Made by a program: the position numbers and the translations under genes. A model generated the notes under the pieces. That model was given only the letters and a program-made list of their open reading frames with translations, made no database searches and was not told the origin of the DNA. Of a DNA stretch of 64,000 bases, positions 1-35,446 are shown piece by piece. The stretch's first letter is position 1, and every line of letters begins with the position of its first letter. This DNA is from the human T2T-CHM13v2.0 reference genome, Homo sapiens, in assembly GCF_009914755.1 (NCBI RefSeq), contig NC_060925.1. The stretch is one strand, 5' to 3'.

Positions 1-300
1 TGGCTCCGTGGGAAGGGTGGCGTCGCGGCCCACGTGTTCTGGTCCCCTCGCCCTAGTTTGGAGACTCTAGGTTCAGCCTTTTGCCTGAGCGTCAAGGTGG
101 AAGATTATCTTGATAGGCTCTTTCCTGGGACGCTAGATTCACAAGGAAAGCTGTAAGGCCAGTTGGCTTAGTAGTGAAAACTACGCCCTCCTGGCCCAGA
201 AGGCAAAAGTCTCAGCCCTTTGGTCCGTCTAGGTAGCGTTGGTTAATTTGCAGAATCTGAAATGGAGGCAATACGTAATAAATCCAAAATACTGCTTCTC
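1..300 (+). promoter_or_regulatory. RPF1: 3' edge of the RPF1 promoter CpG island (intron 1)
   Basis: Elevated GC and CpG at the window start, about 1 kb before exon 2. Confidence 0.55.
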
Positions 301-1338
301 TGATTCCTGCAGGAGCTCCTTACCGAAATTAGTACTGTAAAGTTTCTGGTAATTGTATTTGTTCTTTTCAGCTTTATCCTTATACGTTTCTGGTAGGTAA
401 ACAAACTGAAACGTAAAGAGGTTTAAACGACTTGTCAAGGTCGCAGTGCTCATTTCTGGTTAAATTGCAATTGGAAGAAAACGTTTGCTTATTCTTGCAC
501 ATCGTAGAAGTTCACACAATATTATTATTATGTGTCTGCCTCCTCTTACTGGCCCTTCTGAGGCCCGGGACTGGTTCTTACTCATGTTCAGTGTCAAGGT
601 GCTGTTTCAATACATACAAGGGGCGTTTAACTCATTCTGGTATGCACGTATTGGGGAGGGATGTCCTGGAAGACTTATTGGAGCTATGATTTCTAATCTG
701 AAACCTGGTGGATTGAGGATCAGTAGGTGCTGGGGAAAAAAGAATATTTTTTATTTTGTCAAGCATTCTATCTAGAAATCTCCAGAAGAATATATAGATT
801 GACAATACAAATACAGATAATCTTAAGCCACCTTGCAAGCTCTTACTAAATTTTAGAAGTATATTTTGATTATAAAATATGTGAATAACTGGTGATGGTT
901 TTATGGAAAACAACCTGAAAACTCAGCTCCCATTCCTATTTTTAGTGCTTTTCAAGAGAAGCAAGCAGCATAACCATGGTCGTCTTTAGGATGCCACCAG
1001 TTAGGCAAAACAAAACACAGTGGAAACCATCACATACTTTAATTAATTTGAGGCTTTATGGAAAAAGGTTAAGCTACTCAAATTTTAAATGTTCAAACTT
1101 GCCAGTTTAGATTTTTTTAAAGGAGCAGGTCTTTGTTAAAGAAATCTTATTGATTGGCCAGCTCATTTGGCTTACAGTAATTTAGGTAGAAAACTCCACG
1201 TCCAGATGCTTATTTCAATAGATTACAAAGACCGCCCAGTTCGAGTATTCATAGCATTAGTAATTTGTAGTTTCAGTATGTGTTTGTGATATAACTGGTT
1301 GTTTCTCAGTATTGTTCTCTTTTTTTTTAACCCTTTAG

Positions 1339-17852
<16,514 letters not shown>

Positions 17853-18027
17853 AGTACTGAGAGAATGATATTGGATTTTGCTGAACAGGCCTATCTTGAA
17901 CTTTGGTAAATTATTTTTGACAGAATACTCTTTTCAAAATGGCATTTGCTGATTTCATAAACCTTTCACGTCTGGACGAATTACCAAATGCCATGAATTG
18001 CCACTGTGTGTTTATGTAGAAAATACA

Positions 18028-18033
18028 AATAAA
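18028..18033 (+). terminator. RPF1: RPF1 proximal poly(A) signal AATAAA (further copies at 18155, 18541, 18703)
   Basis: AATAAA about 175 nt after the stop, followed by U/GU-rich sequence. Confidence 0.65.
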
Positions 18034-18702
18034 AGTTATTTTGATGGCTTAGGTTTCCTTAAACTTAGTTCTCTTGTTTTTGGGTAACTGTGAATAATTA
18101 AGTTGGAATCAAGATTCAGATTAACTTTCCTATTTGCATAGAACACATGAGAGGAATAAAATGGTTGGTAAATATTGGCTAACCCTTGATTTTTATACCA
18201 GATTAACCTTGGATTCCCAGTGTCTGGCACAGTTTTAATAGCTTAAATGGAGGCCAGGTTTCTGGATGTTTTAACATTCTCTTAAGCCTTCAGAAGGGTA
18301 AAAAATTTAAAGCAAAATGATCTACCAGGGTTTAAAGCAAAGTTGCAAATTACTGAAGCTAATCTTTGCTTCCTGATTTTGAGGTTTTTGGTTTTTTGTG
18401 CCCACGTTGTGGGGAGCTCTTTTTTACCTCATTACATGGTGCTGTAGTACTCCATTCAGGCACTGAAACAAAGTTAACCCTATAAGTAACTCATGGATGG
18501 AAACCCGTAGAACTTAACAGCCTCCTCCTGACCTTAAAAGAATAAAGGTTCACAGTTTACCTTTAATTCCCTAGCAGTCTTGCCAGATGTATGGCATAAA
18601 GTCATGTGAGAAGAGTAGGTGGAAAAAACTGTACAAACTTAACCCCTTCAGGTGTTCAGAACAGATTAATATACCATGTATTTAATACCAATAATAATGC
18701 AA

Positions 18703-18708
18703 AATAAA
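18703..18708 (+). terminator. RPF1: RPF1 distal poly(A) signal
   Basis: AATAAA with TGTA upstream and a U/GU-rich tract downstream. Confidence 0.6.
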
Positions 18709-18930
18709 AGTTTCATACTAAGTTTTATTGTATGCTGCTGCCAGTGTATATAAAACAATTACCCTTGTGAAATAGAAATTCATGAAAATTCAGAGAGGTA
18801 GATGTTAAGGACTGACGAAAGTAGAAGTTTGTATATTATGGCACATGTGTTACAGGGATAAGCTTTTGTACAGGCTTCAAATGTAGCTCTCTTGAATATT
18901 CACTGGATCATAAGGAGTGGTTTGGGAAAC
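18705..18930 (-). other. GNG5: GNG5 terminal non-coding exon 4 (3'UTR); 3' end approximate
   Basis: Minus-strand acceptor (t)13cccatcttag|GTTTCCCAAA at 18930, paired with the donor at 22206; ends after AATAAA. Confidence 0.85.
18724..18729 (-). terminator. GNG5: GNG5 poly(A) signal
   Basis: TTTATT on + (AATAAA on -), about 200 nt into the terminal GNG5 exon. Confidence 0.8.
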
Positions 18931-20214
18931 CTAAGATGGGAAAAAAAAAAAAAGGTGAGTTAGGGTAAAGTATCAAAGAACATAGTTTTTAATTTTTTTC
19001 ATGAATAACTTAAAAGAAGCAGGATGGGAAATGCCTATGGTCCAGTAACAGTAAAATCTTTCCCTTAATTTTCACAACCACTCTGATGTATAAGTCATTC
19101 CTGTTTTATAAACAGACTTACAGATTAACTTGCTAAGATTACTGCCAAAATACATTCTGTATATAATAAAAAAGGTTAATAAAACTCTCTTAAATCAAAA
19201 ATCCAAACATCCTTAGAAAAATGAGCAAGACTATATTTAGCAGGGCAGTTTGGCAGTATCTAGTGAAGTAAAGGATGCAACCACACTTCTAGTTACCTAG
19301 ATAAACCCAGACATAGAGAAACATGTACAAGGATACTGACTGTATTAGTATTTTAACAGCAAAGAACTGAAACAGCCTAAATATAACTCCGTAGGAGAAT
19401 GGATAAACGAAGGTTTCTACATATGATGGAATACAAAGCTATTATAAGTTATGCCTTAAAAAATAAGTTATGTTTTCAAACCATAATATTTCAGTTTAAT
19501 AGAGTATAAACTAAAAGATTTAAAAAATGAAAACATTAAATTGAAAAACAGTGTACTAAAAAATTAAAACATGAGCATACTAACTTTAGGATTAGTTATT
19601 GATATGGAAAGGTACAAAAGTGTTAATCTGAGATAGTCTGTGACAAAAATGTTGAAAAGGCATAAACAGAATGCTGTGAAAAATGTTTAATCTCACCTAA
19701 AATAGTGACAGAAAAGACTAAGGTTTGTTAGGACTCAAGGAAAAAACATTCTCATGTTTCTAGTGGAAGGCCAAAGTATTATATTGGCAGGGGATATCAA
19801 GTACAACGTTGTAAAAATGTTAAACGTTCACTCCTTTTTACTTCTAGAAACTTAATAGAGGTACTAAGTATATATAGATGTTCACCAAAATCTTCACCTC
19901 ACTGTAACCTCAAATTTTGGAAACTTAAATATTCAGTGAAGTATAATTCCATCATAGTTTAGTACAACCATTAAATATCTTGTTTACAAAGAGTATTTAA
20001 TGAAATAAATTCATTTAAAAAAGGCAGAATGAAAAACGGCGAATACTGTCAATAAGCCTGTCGTCTTATCTGCATTTTTTTGTGCATACATGTTCTACTG
20101 ATTAACAGTTTTTAATCCTGTGTTATTCTATTTTGTTTTGTGTAAAAGAGGAAAAATTTCAAAAGCTGGAATCTCAAAAAAAATAGTAAAATTTCCTCTT
20201 AAAAGGAAATACAG

Positions 20215-20444
20215 GGCCGGGCACGGTGGCTCACGCCTGTAATCTCAGCATTTTGGGAGGCTGAGGTGGGCAGATCACCTGAGGTCAGGCGTTCGAGAAA
20301 CGCTGTCTCTACCAAAAATACAAAAAGTAGCCGGGCGTGGTGGTGTGCACCTGTAATCCCAGCTACTCAGGAAGCTGAGGCAGGAGCACTTGAACCTTGG
20401 AGGCAGAGGTTGCAGTGAGCCGAGACTGCGCCACTGCACTCCAG
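20215..20444 (+). mobile_element. Alu, internally deleted and 3'-truncated
   Basis: GGCCGGGCACGGTGGCTCAC...; no tail. Confidence 0.9.
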
Positions 20445-20494
20445 TGATAAAACTGTATTTATATACATAACTCCAATGTAGATTCTTTACATTC

Positions 20495-20646
20495 ATGCCA
20501 CTCAGTGTAGGTCCAGTACTGTCAGCATCAGTGTAGGTGGGCAGTTGTAAGAAATGCAAGTTCTAGGGACTCACCTCAGACCTTCTGAATTAGAATTTGC
20601 ATTTTAACAAAGTGATTTGCATATATTCAAGCTTGAGAAGCAATGC
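20495..20646. mobile_element. MER5-like
   Basis: AGAAATGCAAGTTCT...CAGACCTTCTGAATTAGAATTTGCATTTTAACAA...TTGAGAAGCAATG. Confidence 0.6.
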
Positions 20647-22225
20647 TTTGATGCCCAATTATTATTCTCCTAGCCCAAACTGCTGCAAATCTTAATATCC
20701 ACAAAGCTGTTTTCTTATACTGCTGGGATTAATAGACATTATTTTACCTTCTGGGTTCTTACCCCCAGCCATATTTTTAAACTTGAGCAATTCATTTAAA
20801 CACTTATCTGTAGATTCCTATGAAGTAAAACTATTAACAGCTGCCCAGTATTTTATTCAAATGAAAATAAACCACTGTAAAGTGAATACAAGAACTGAGG
20901 TTAAAAAAACAATCATTAATAAACCATAAAAATATGAAACTTCCAAAAACTACCATGAAGAATTAAATGAATAGTACCAGAAACAAAGGATATTATAATA
21001 AACTGTTAAATATGAAAGTGAATTACTTCTTCATGTGCATTTTTGTGCACATGACACCTGTTTTCAAAGGGCTTTTTTTCCCCCTGGTATTTCAAAAAAC
21101 TTAAACATCTTAACCAATCATTGTATTTACTGGAAACATGTACTTATACAGACTTCCTGGACACTCCCAGGTCTAGGAAGCTTAATTAAGGAGGGCACAA
21201 CTATGTAACAAGGTATTTTAGGAAGCAGCTTCCTGGACTTTGGAGAAGTCAGAAAGTTAGTAAGGGGTGTGTGCCATATACAAAATCTTTTTTAAAAAAG
21301 TACTATTAGTTTAAGTTTGCTTCTCATAGGTCAATACTAATGAGTACATTCCCTAACTAAAGTACTAAGAATTTATAAAAGGCAGCACCCTTCAGTTACA
21401 TTTTAAATGATCCAAAACGTTTTTGGTCACATCTCTTAGATTAACATACATTTTGTACACATGACATTTGATCTGGAAGGCACAAATTAATGTACTGAAG
21501 CATGCTTTAATAAAGCCAACAGGGTCTTTAGTTTTTAATTCTCTGAAATTCAGTCCACTGTCTGTTTGCCACCAAGAACTTATATACTGCATTTCCTTCA
21601 TGTTTTATCTTTAATCTAACAAATGAGAACAAAATATAAAGTCTGTTCTACCTCAGTCCAAACGCCTCTACCACACTGGCTTACTCAATTACATCTGACT
21701 TTCTCTTGCATTTCCAATTCCCAATCTTTGCTATACTGCTCTACAGCTGGGTTCAGTTAGAGCAATAACATCAAGAGTTAATCCAAATCAGTTGGTAGTA
21801 CTTTAAGTTATCCCCATAAACATTGCAGATTTTTTAAAAACTGTCTAAATATTTGCCAGGTACACAAAAACAAAACTAGTACTTGGGGACTCCATTAGGC
21901 CAATGCTCTAAAAAGTAACACATGGCTTGTTACGGCAGTGGGATTTTGTAGTAACTCTCCTATACCCTCTTTATGGTTATTAAATCCTCTACTTAACCTT
22001 CTTTATGGTAAAATAGAAACGATTAGCCTTCATGGCTACTAAGTCAGCAAGTTTCATGAATCCTCACTTTCCTTGCAAAACAGAAAAATACTGGAAATGG
22101 AGGGCCAAAGGAAAGGGCATGGGATGATCTTTTAAGTGCTGCAAAGAAAGAGAAGACTAGTTATTCCTACAGTGTGGGTTTTTGTTTTAAATTTAAGGAA
22201 ACTTACCTTTGAAAGATTCATTTTA

Positions 22226-26583
<4,358 letters not shown>

Positions 26584-26622
26584 CTAAGTTTCCGGTTCTG
26601 TGCTCAGCGGCTCCACCCTCGG

Positions 26623-26634
26623 TGCGCATGCGCG
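26623..26634. promoter_or_regulatory. NRF1 site TGCGCATGCGCG
   Basis: Exact match to YGCGCAYGCGCR inside the CpG island. Confidence 0.75.
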
Positions 26635-26759
26635 CCTTGCCAGCCCTCTGTTCCAGCTCCACACCCGGCCCCGAGCGCGAGCCTGGAGGAGGGGGAGGAG
26701 AAGGGGCGGAGCAGTCGGTGGGCGCGGCGGCTGCTGGAGGCTAGCGCGACCCGACTCTT

Positions 26760-26799
26760 AAGTTTTCTTTTCCTCTCCAGAGGGGCCGATTAGGGAGAG
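26760..26799 (+). other. SPATA1: Probable SPATA1 non-coding first exon (start uncertain)
   Basis: Strong plus-strand donor GAG|gtaagg at 26799/26800 in the CpG island; the next plus-strand exon carries the SPATA1 ATG. Confidence 0.55.
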
Positions 26800-26816
26800 G
26801 TAAGGAGAGAGCTTAC

Positions 26817-26945
26817 CGTTAGCCGCGAAGAACTAAGAGGGGGTCTGAAGAGGACCAGGGAGGGAAGGCAGAGCTTGTGGGAGTTTCTAAAAGGCCCGGC
26901 GGCGGGTGACCAGGAGGTCTCAGTTTTCCTCCCAGTTTGTGGGAA
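26817..26945 (-). other. GNG5: GNG5 non-coding exon 1 (5' end approximate)
   Basis: Minus-strand donor AACG|gtaagc at 26817 pairs with the acceptor at 26682, giving a 134-nt intron. Confidence 0.65.
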
Positions 26946-28380
26946 GGGTTGAGGGAAGTGAGGGGAGATACTGGGTGAGGCGTAGGAGCTACTGTGCACC
27001 CGGCGTGAGTCACCCGCACACCCCCGCCCCGTACAGGCGTGTCTCTCTGTGACCCGAGTTTGGCCAACAGGCATTTTCAGTTCCACCCCCAACCCCCAGC
27101 CCCGCTGACCCGAGGCGGAGAGCAGGCGCGGAGGTCGCTGTCGCGTACCCAGCGGAGCCGGGCGGGCGGGGAGCAGGGGCGCTGATTCGCTGGAGAAGGG
27201 ATCTTCTCGAGGTTTGACTTTACTGGCTTCTTAGCTCTTGAATCGGTTTTTCTGAAGGAGATTGTGAAGAAGCCAAGGTGCTGGCTGAAGATTACACCTG
27301 TCTGCTCGGTTACCCATTTACTCTGGAGAATTAATGCTTATTGTACTTTTTAAAATAAAACTTATTTTTGTGTTTCCGGAAAGTTTGCTCTTTAGTATTT
27401 CCGTTGTAATTTATTACCTCCTGCTTGAAATTGAGTACCAAAGGAGTTTTTAGGAGAGAGGGTAGGGTCTAACCAAACAAAATAGGCTCAGCCAGTAGGT
27501 CTTTCTTTCATCCACGGAAATATGTGTGTTATGTCACAGCACTAAGGGCAGATGTTTCCTATTTCTTTTCGGGTAGTCAATCTCCGAATGCGCTGATGTT
27601 TTCCATTAATGTTAATAATTTTATCATTAATGGATTTCAAATTTTTTATTAGGGAAGCATGTGTAATTGCACTGGTCAACAAAATCTAATTTATTTACTC
27701 AACAGTTTATATCAGTTCGCAAAAATGTACATCGTAAGTTTAGCATTTTACTTAATTCATACGGATGTAATGATTGGGGTTAAAACCAGGGTTTGAATTC
27801 TGGCTCTGCTACTTACGGTATTCTTGGGCAAGCCACTTAAGTTACTGAGGCTTTATTTCCTTATTTCAAAGTAAATTATACAGCTTCGTAGAGTTGTTTT
27901 TCGGAATGAAATGACATTATATGTAAAAAGAATGTGAAAGCTATCTCAATAAATATTGTCTTTTCCCAAAAGGTATTGTAATTATTTCACCTTTGGTGCT
28001 TTGTTGACTGTATAATGCTAAAACGTCATTCATACTTTACAGATTTGTAAGATTAAACACAAGTATCTATTCAAAGAATGATCTGTTTTACAGTAGTTGT
28101 AAAATATATCACTGAACTCTTAGAACCGTGGTATGTTAATGCTGGAAGAGATTTTAGGGAATATATGGTCCAATAATTACTTCTGTGAGGGAGACTGTTG
28201 AGGAATAAGCAGTGTTTTAGGCCGAAACAGTTTCAGAAAAAAAAAAAATTGTTGCTTTTTTATTAACTGCTGCATTGGGAAACCACAGACTGGAGTGCTG
28301 TCTCAAACACCAGGTGTTATTTTTTTGTAGCGTGTGTTTAAAGATTCTATTTAGGATACAAAAGAAAAATAAAACATTGA

Positions 28381-28720
<340 letters not shown>

Positions 28721-29861
28721 TTACCAGTAAATATAGTTTATGAACTATCTGTATCTCTTAAACTTTTGTTTAGATGTTCTTTGACCTTCCACAATGATCT
28801 AAGACATTTCAAACATGTTACCAACTGTACAGACATAGATGCTCACTGTTCAGTTGGTTGAAGACTGGCCTGTTGTCACCAAGAGGATTCTTTTAGCAAT
28901 AAATGCCAAGAAAAGACCACCAAGTAATCTGTCACTTTATGTTTTGTCAGCAGAGCACTGTCAATTTAAATTTACCTGAGATCTTCACCGTATTCAATTA
29001 ATTAGTACCCTAAGTTCTTTAGTTCACTAGGTCTAAATTCAGAATTTGAATAAATAAGAGTCACATGCTGTACTTTGTACTTTAACTAAAAGCTGAATCT
29101 CTTCAAAGGGGGATTTCACAATTCTGACTTCTTTCTCAAAGAATGAGCTTATTCTGTTTTTATAATGGCTAAGGAAATTGAAGTTTGGAGAAAAAAATAT
29201 ATACAATAGCTACAAATAAAATACTTAGGAATTAACCAAGGAAGTTAAAGATCTGTACAAAGAAAACCATAAAACACTGATGCAAGAAATTGAAGAGGAC
29301 ACAAAAAAAATGGGAAGATACTCCATGTTCATGTATTGGAAGATTCAATATAGTTAAAATGTCTCTAATACCCAAAGCAATCTACAGATTCAGTGCAATC
29401 TCTATCAAAATACCAATGACATTCTTCACAGAAGTATTAAAAACAATCCTAAAACTTATACAGAACCATAAAAGACCCAGAGTCACCAAAGTTACCCTGA
29501 GCCAAAAGAATAAAAATGGAGGAATCATGTTACCTGACCTCAAATTATACAACAGAGCTATAGTAACCAAAACAGCATGGTACTGGCATAAAAAAAAAAA
29601 AAACATAGACCAGTAGAACAGAATAGAGAACCCAGAAACAAATTCATTCACCTACAGTGAACTCGTTTTTTACGAAGGTGCCAAGAACATACATTGGAGA
29701 AAGGACAGTCCCTCCAATAAATGGTGCTGGGAAAACTGAATATCCGTATTAGAAGAATGAAGCTAGATGTCTCTCTCCTCGTATACCAAAATCAAATCAA
29801 AATGGGTTAAAGACTTAAATCTAAGACCTCAAACTATGAAACGTCTATAAGAAAACATTGG

Positions 29862-30164
<303 letters not shown>

Positions 30165-30286
30165 CAGTGCAGAAACTTTCCAGGACATTGGATTGGGTAA
30201 AGATTTTTTGAATAATGCCCTACAAGCACAGGCAACCAAAGCAAAAATGAACGAATGGGATTACATCAAGTTAAAAACCTGCACAG

Positions 30287-30563
30287 GGCCAGGCACGGTG
30301 GCTTACGCTTGTAATCCCAGCACTTTGGGAGGCTGAAGCAGGTAGATTTCTCGAACCCAGGAGTTGTATAACAGCCTGGGCAACATGGCAAAGTCAAAAC
30401 CCCATCTTGACAAAAATACAAAAAGCTGGACATGGTGGCATGTACCTGTGGTCCCAGCTACTTGGGAACCTGCAGAGGTCAAGGCTGCAGTGAGCTGTGA
30501 TCATGCCACTGCACTCCAGCATGGGCAACAGAGAAGCCCTGTCTCAAAAAATAAAAATAAAAA
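30287..30563 (+). mobile_element. AluJ-like nested in L1
   Basis: TSD AAAAACCTGCA. Confidence 0.9.
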
Positions 30564-31827
30564 CCTGCATTACAAAGGAAATAATCAGCAAAGTGAAGAG
30601 ACAACTCACAGAATGGGAAGAAATATTTGCAAACTATCCATCTGATAAAGGATTTATAACCAGAATATATAAGGAGCTCAACTATATAGGAAAAAAATCT
30701 AATAACCCGCTTTAAAAATGGGCAAAAAAGCTGAGTAAACATTTTTCAAAAGAAGACTTACAAATGGCAAACAGGTATATGAAAAGGTATTCAACATCAC
30801 CGATCATCAGGAGAAATGCAAATCAAAACTACAATGAGATATCATCTCTCCCCAATTAAAGTGGCTTTTATGCAAAAGATAGACAATAACAAATGCTGGT
30901 GAGGATGTGGAGAAAAGGGAACTCTTGTACACTGTTGGTGAGAATGTAAATTAGTACCACCACTATGGAGACCGACTTGGAGGTTCCTCAGAAAAAACTA
31001 AAAATAGAGCTTCAGTATGTCCCAGGAATCCCACTGCTAGCTATAGACCCAAAAGAAAAGAAACCAGTATATCGAGGTATCAGCACTCCCTTGTTTACTG
31101 CAGCACTATTCACAATAGCCAAGATTTAAAAGCAACCTAAGTGTCTATCAACAGATGAATGAATGAGTAAAGAAAATGTGGTACAAATAAACAATGGAGT
31201 ACCGTTCCGCCATAAAAAAGAATGAGATCATCTCATTTGCAACAACATGGATAGAACTGGATGTCATTATGTTAAGTGAAAAAGCCAGACACAGAAACAC
31301 AAACCTCACATGTTCTCACTTATTTGGCAGTAAAAATTGAAACAGTTGAACTCATGGAGATAGTAGAATGATGGTTACCAGAGGCTGGGAAGGGTAGTGG
31401 GGTGGGGACTGGGGATGGTTAATGGGTACAGAAATATAAGTTAGATAAAGTGAATAAAATCTAGTATTTGATAGCACAAAAGGGTGATTATAGCCAACAA
31501 TAATTTACTATACATTTTAAAATAAGAGTATAATTGGATTTTTTGTAAAACAAACAATAAATGCTTGAGGTCATGTATACCCTATTTACCCTGATGTGCT
31601 TTTCACACATTGTATGCCTGTATCAAAATATTTCATGTACCCATAAATATATACACCTACTACATGCCCACAAAAATTACAAAGTAAAAGAAACCTAACT
31701 CTATAATTCCTTTTCCAACATAGATTCTGATTCTATATCATTCTGTTACTCTCTGGGAGACCCTCCCCCTCCCTAAAATGTCCTTATATATCCTGAGAAC
31801 TTTTCAACTCAAGACAAGTATGCCATT

Positions 31828-32023
31828 TTGTCAACACTAGGACGTGTCTAGAAAACAAACCTCATTCCTCAATTGGCTCTAGAAGTCTAACTACTATAAA
31901 TGTTTGTGGATTCTGGAGTGCCCTCTTGTCAACACTAGGACGTGTCTAGAAAACAAACCTCATTCCTCCATTGGTTCTAGAAGTCTAACTACTATAAATG
32001 TTTGTGGATTCTGGAGTGCCCTC
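31828..32023. repeat. Tandem duplication, 2 x 98 bp
   Basis: 31828-31925 vs 31926-32023; 2 mismatches. Confidence 0.95.
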
Positions 32024-32036
32024 AGGCATTTCAGGC

Positions 32037-32390
<354 letters not shown>

Positions 32391-33058
32391 TAAGACAGGT
32401 TAACCTTTAAATTGATGAGAATTTTATTTACAGCTTAACCAGGAACCAGATAAAGCAGAACTCCCAGGACATATACATAATCTGAATTTATCCTGATCAG
32501 ATAGACTTCACGCCTTGGTGATTTAAGAATCAGGAATTATGTCAAAAAATACTCCCATCATCTGTCATAAAGTTAACTGTATTCTGATTTTTTTATTCCA
32601 GAATGTAAATTTCCCTTTCACTTGTTGCATTCCTTGAGCAATCAAGTAATCAAAACATTTTAGAGCTGCAAAGGATCTTGAAGAGTTCAAGTCACTTACC
32701 ACTAAGAAACTCACACTCAGACCAACGAATGGTTGTATAGGTTATAAGGGACTAGAAATCTGCTTTTCTGGCTCCCAATCAATGTGATTACCTTGTGTGA
32801 GATTCTACTTTATTGGTATATTTAAACATAGCCCATGTCAGCATTTAGGATTTTCTAAAGTACATTGAGCAATCTTTGTATGCCATATTATCAAATCAGA
32901 CAGGAAATAAAAATTACGAGAATCCTTATTTCTAGACACAGAATAAGTATCAGAATTTCTTAAGCTTGATTTTCAGCTCTGCTACTGACACTGAAAATCA
33001 TTTTGGAAAAGTGCAGAGAAAACATGATGGGTAGCTATTTTGAAAGGAAGGACCAGAT

Positions 33059-33252
33059 CAGAGATGGCAGATAGGTGATACATCTACCAACAGTTACTCC
33101 TTCTCAAACCCATAGTTTACTGTGATAATTCATTTCTGTACTGTTTCCTACTGAGATGTAGCCTTGGGATCCTACTTAGTAATTCACTTTTAGATAGTCA
33201 GTACCAGTTGATGGGAATTAGCATGCAAGATAAAATTGATTTTCCATTCCTG
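33059..33252. mobile_element. hAT MITE (MER112-like)
   Basis: CAGAGATGGCAGATA ... TTTTCCATTCCTG imperfect terminal inverted repeats. Confidence 0.45.
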
Positions 33253-33487
33253 GCAGTAGAGTTGTGAAGCAAAATTATGTAGTAAATGAAAGATTAGACA
33301 GGAACTTCATAGTCACTTTATTTTTGGTTATTGAGATATCAGTCTCCTTTCATTTGAATTGTTGGCATCATTTTGTTCATTAGCTAATTAGTAATAGGTA
33401 AAAAATGTGAAAATCCCACATGTTATATGTTAGGATTTAGTATATGATTTGGTTAGGATCAACTACAAATTCTAAGCATGCCTAAAG

Positions 33488-33814
33488 TTTTTTTGGTTTT
33501 GTTTTGTTTTGTTTTTTGTTACAGAGTTTCGCTCTTGTTGCCCAGGCTAGAGTGCAATGGCACAATCTCGGCTCGGCGCAATCTCGGCTCTCCGCACCCT
33601 CCGTCTCCCGGGTTCAGGCAATTCTTCTGCCTCAGTCTCCGGAGTAGCTGGGATTACAGGCATGGGCCACCATGCCCAGCTAATTTTGTATTTTTAGTAG
33701 AGATGGGGTTTCTCCATGTTGGTCAGGCTGGTCTCAAACTCCCGACCACAGGTGATCTGCCTGCCTCGGCCTCCCAAAGTGTTGGGATTACAGGCGTGAG
33801 CCACAGTGCCAGCC
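33488..33814 (-). mobile_element. Alu (AluSp-like) with TSD GCATGCCTAAAGTTTT
   Basis: TSD at 33476 and 33817; small internal duplication CAATCTCGGCTC. Confidence 0.94.
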
Positions 33815-34105
33815 ATGCATGCCTAAAGTTTTAATTAGCCTCTCATGGTTTCAATAGCAAAGGCTTACTCAAGTTAGCACAAGCAATGAGGAGATTATTG
33901 TAAAGAGCAACATAGAGCAGCAGTGGAGGCACATATCCCTTGTAAATCCCAAAGCAGAAACTGTCACGCTAATAGGTCAAACTGGAAGTAGATCCAAGGC
34001 TAGAGACCAGCCCCAAGAATTCTTGATTCCTCTCTAGTGCTTAGTTATAAATATGAATCAGCTATGTTACTTCCTCAGTTTGCTTCTCACTACCAGTTAA
34101 CCTAG

Positions 34106-34732
<627 letters not shown>

Positions 34733-34746
34733 TAGAAGGGATACTA

Positions 34747-34972
34747 TAGGTTGAGTATTCCTTATCCAAAAGGTTTGGGATAATCTGAAATGTTTCAGAT
34801 TTCAGATTTTTTCAAATTTTGGGATATTTGCATTATATCGGTTAAACAATCCTAATCCAAATCCAAAATGCTCCAATGAGCATTTCTTTGGAGCATCATG
34901 TCAGCATTCAAATAGTTTCAGATTTTTGAGCATTGCAGATTTCAGATTTTAAAATTACGGATACTCAACCTG
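34747..34972. mobile_element. Tigger4a/MER46A
   Basis: TA-flanked AGGTTGAGTATTCC...GGATACTCAACCTG terminal inverted repeats; ATTTCAGATTT repeats. Confidence 0.8.
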
Positions 34973-35053
34973 TATAGTGGGGTCCTGTATAGGTTTACCT
35001 CAGGACAACAATAAAGCAGGTCTTGACTGATCTATCTTGAGTTTGTTTAATTA

Positions 35054-35446
<393 letters not shown>

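Noticed and set aside
432-913. Cluster of overlapping 85-96-aa ORFs in RPF1 intron 1
   Set aside because: Mostly non-ATG starts, no homology I recognise, and no supporting splice structure.
29290-29616. 108-aa ORF with real protein homology
   Set aside because: Fragment of a dead L1 ORF2, not a host gene.
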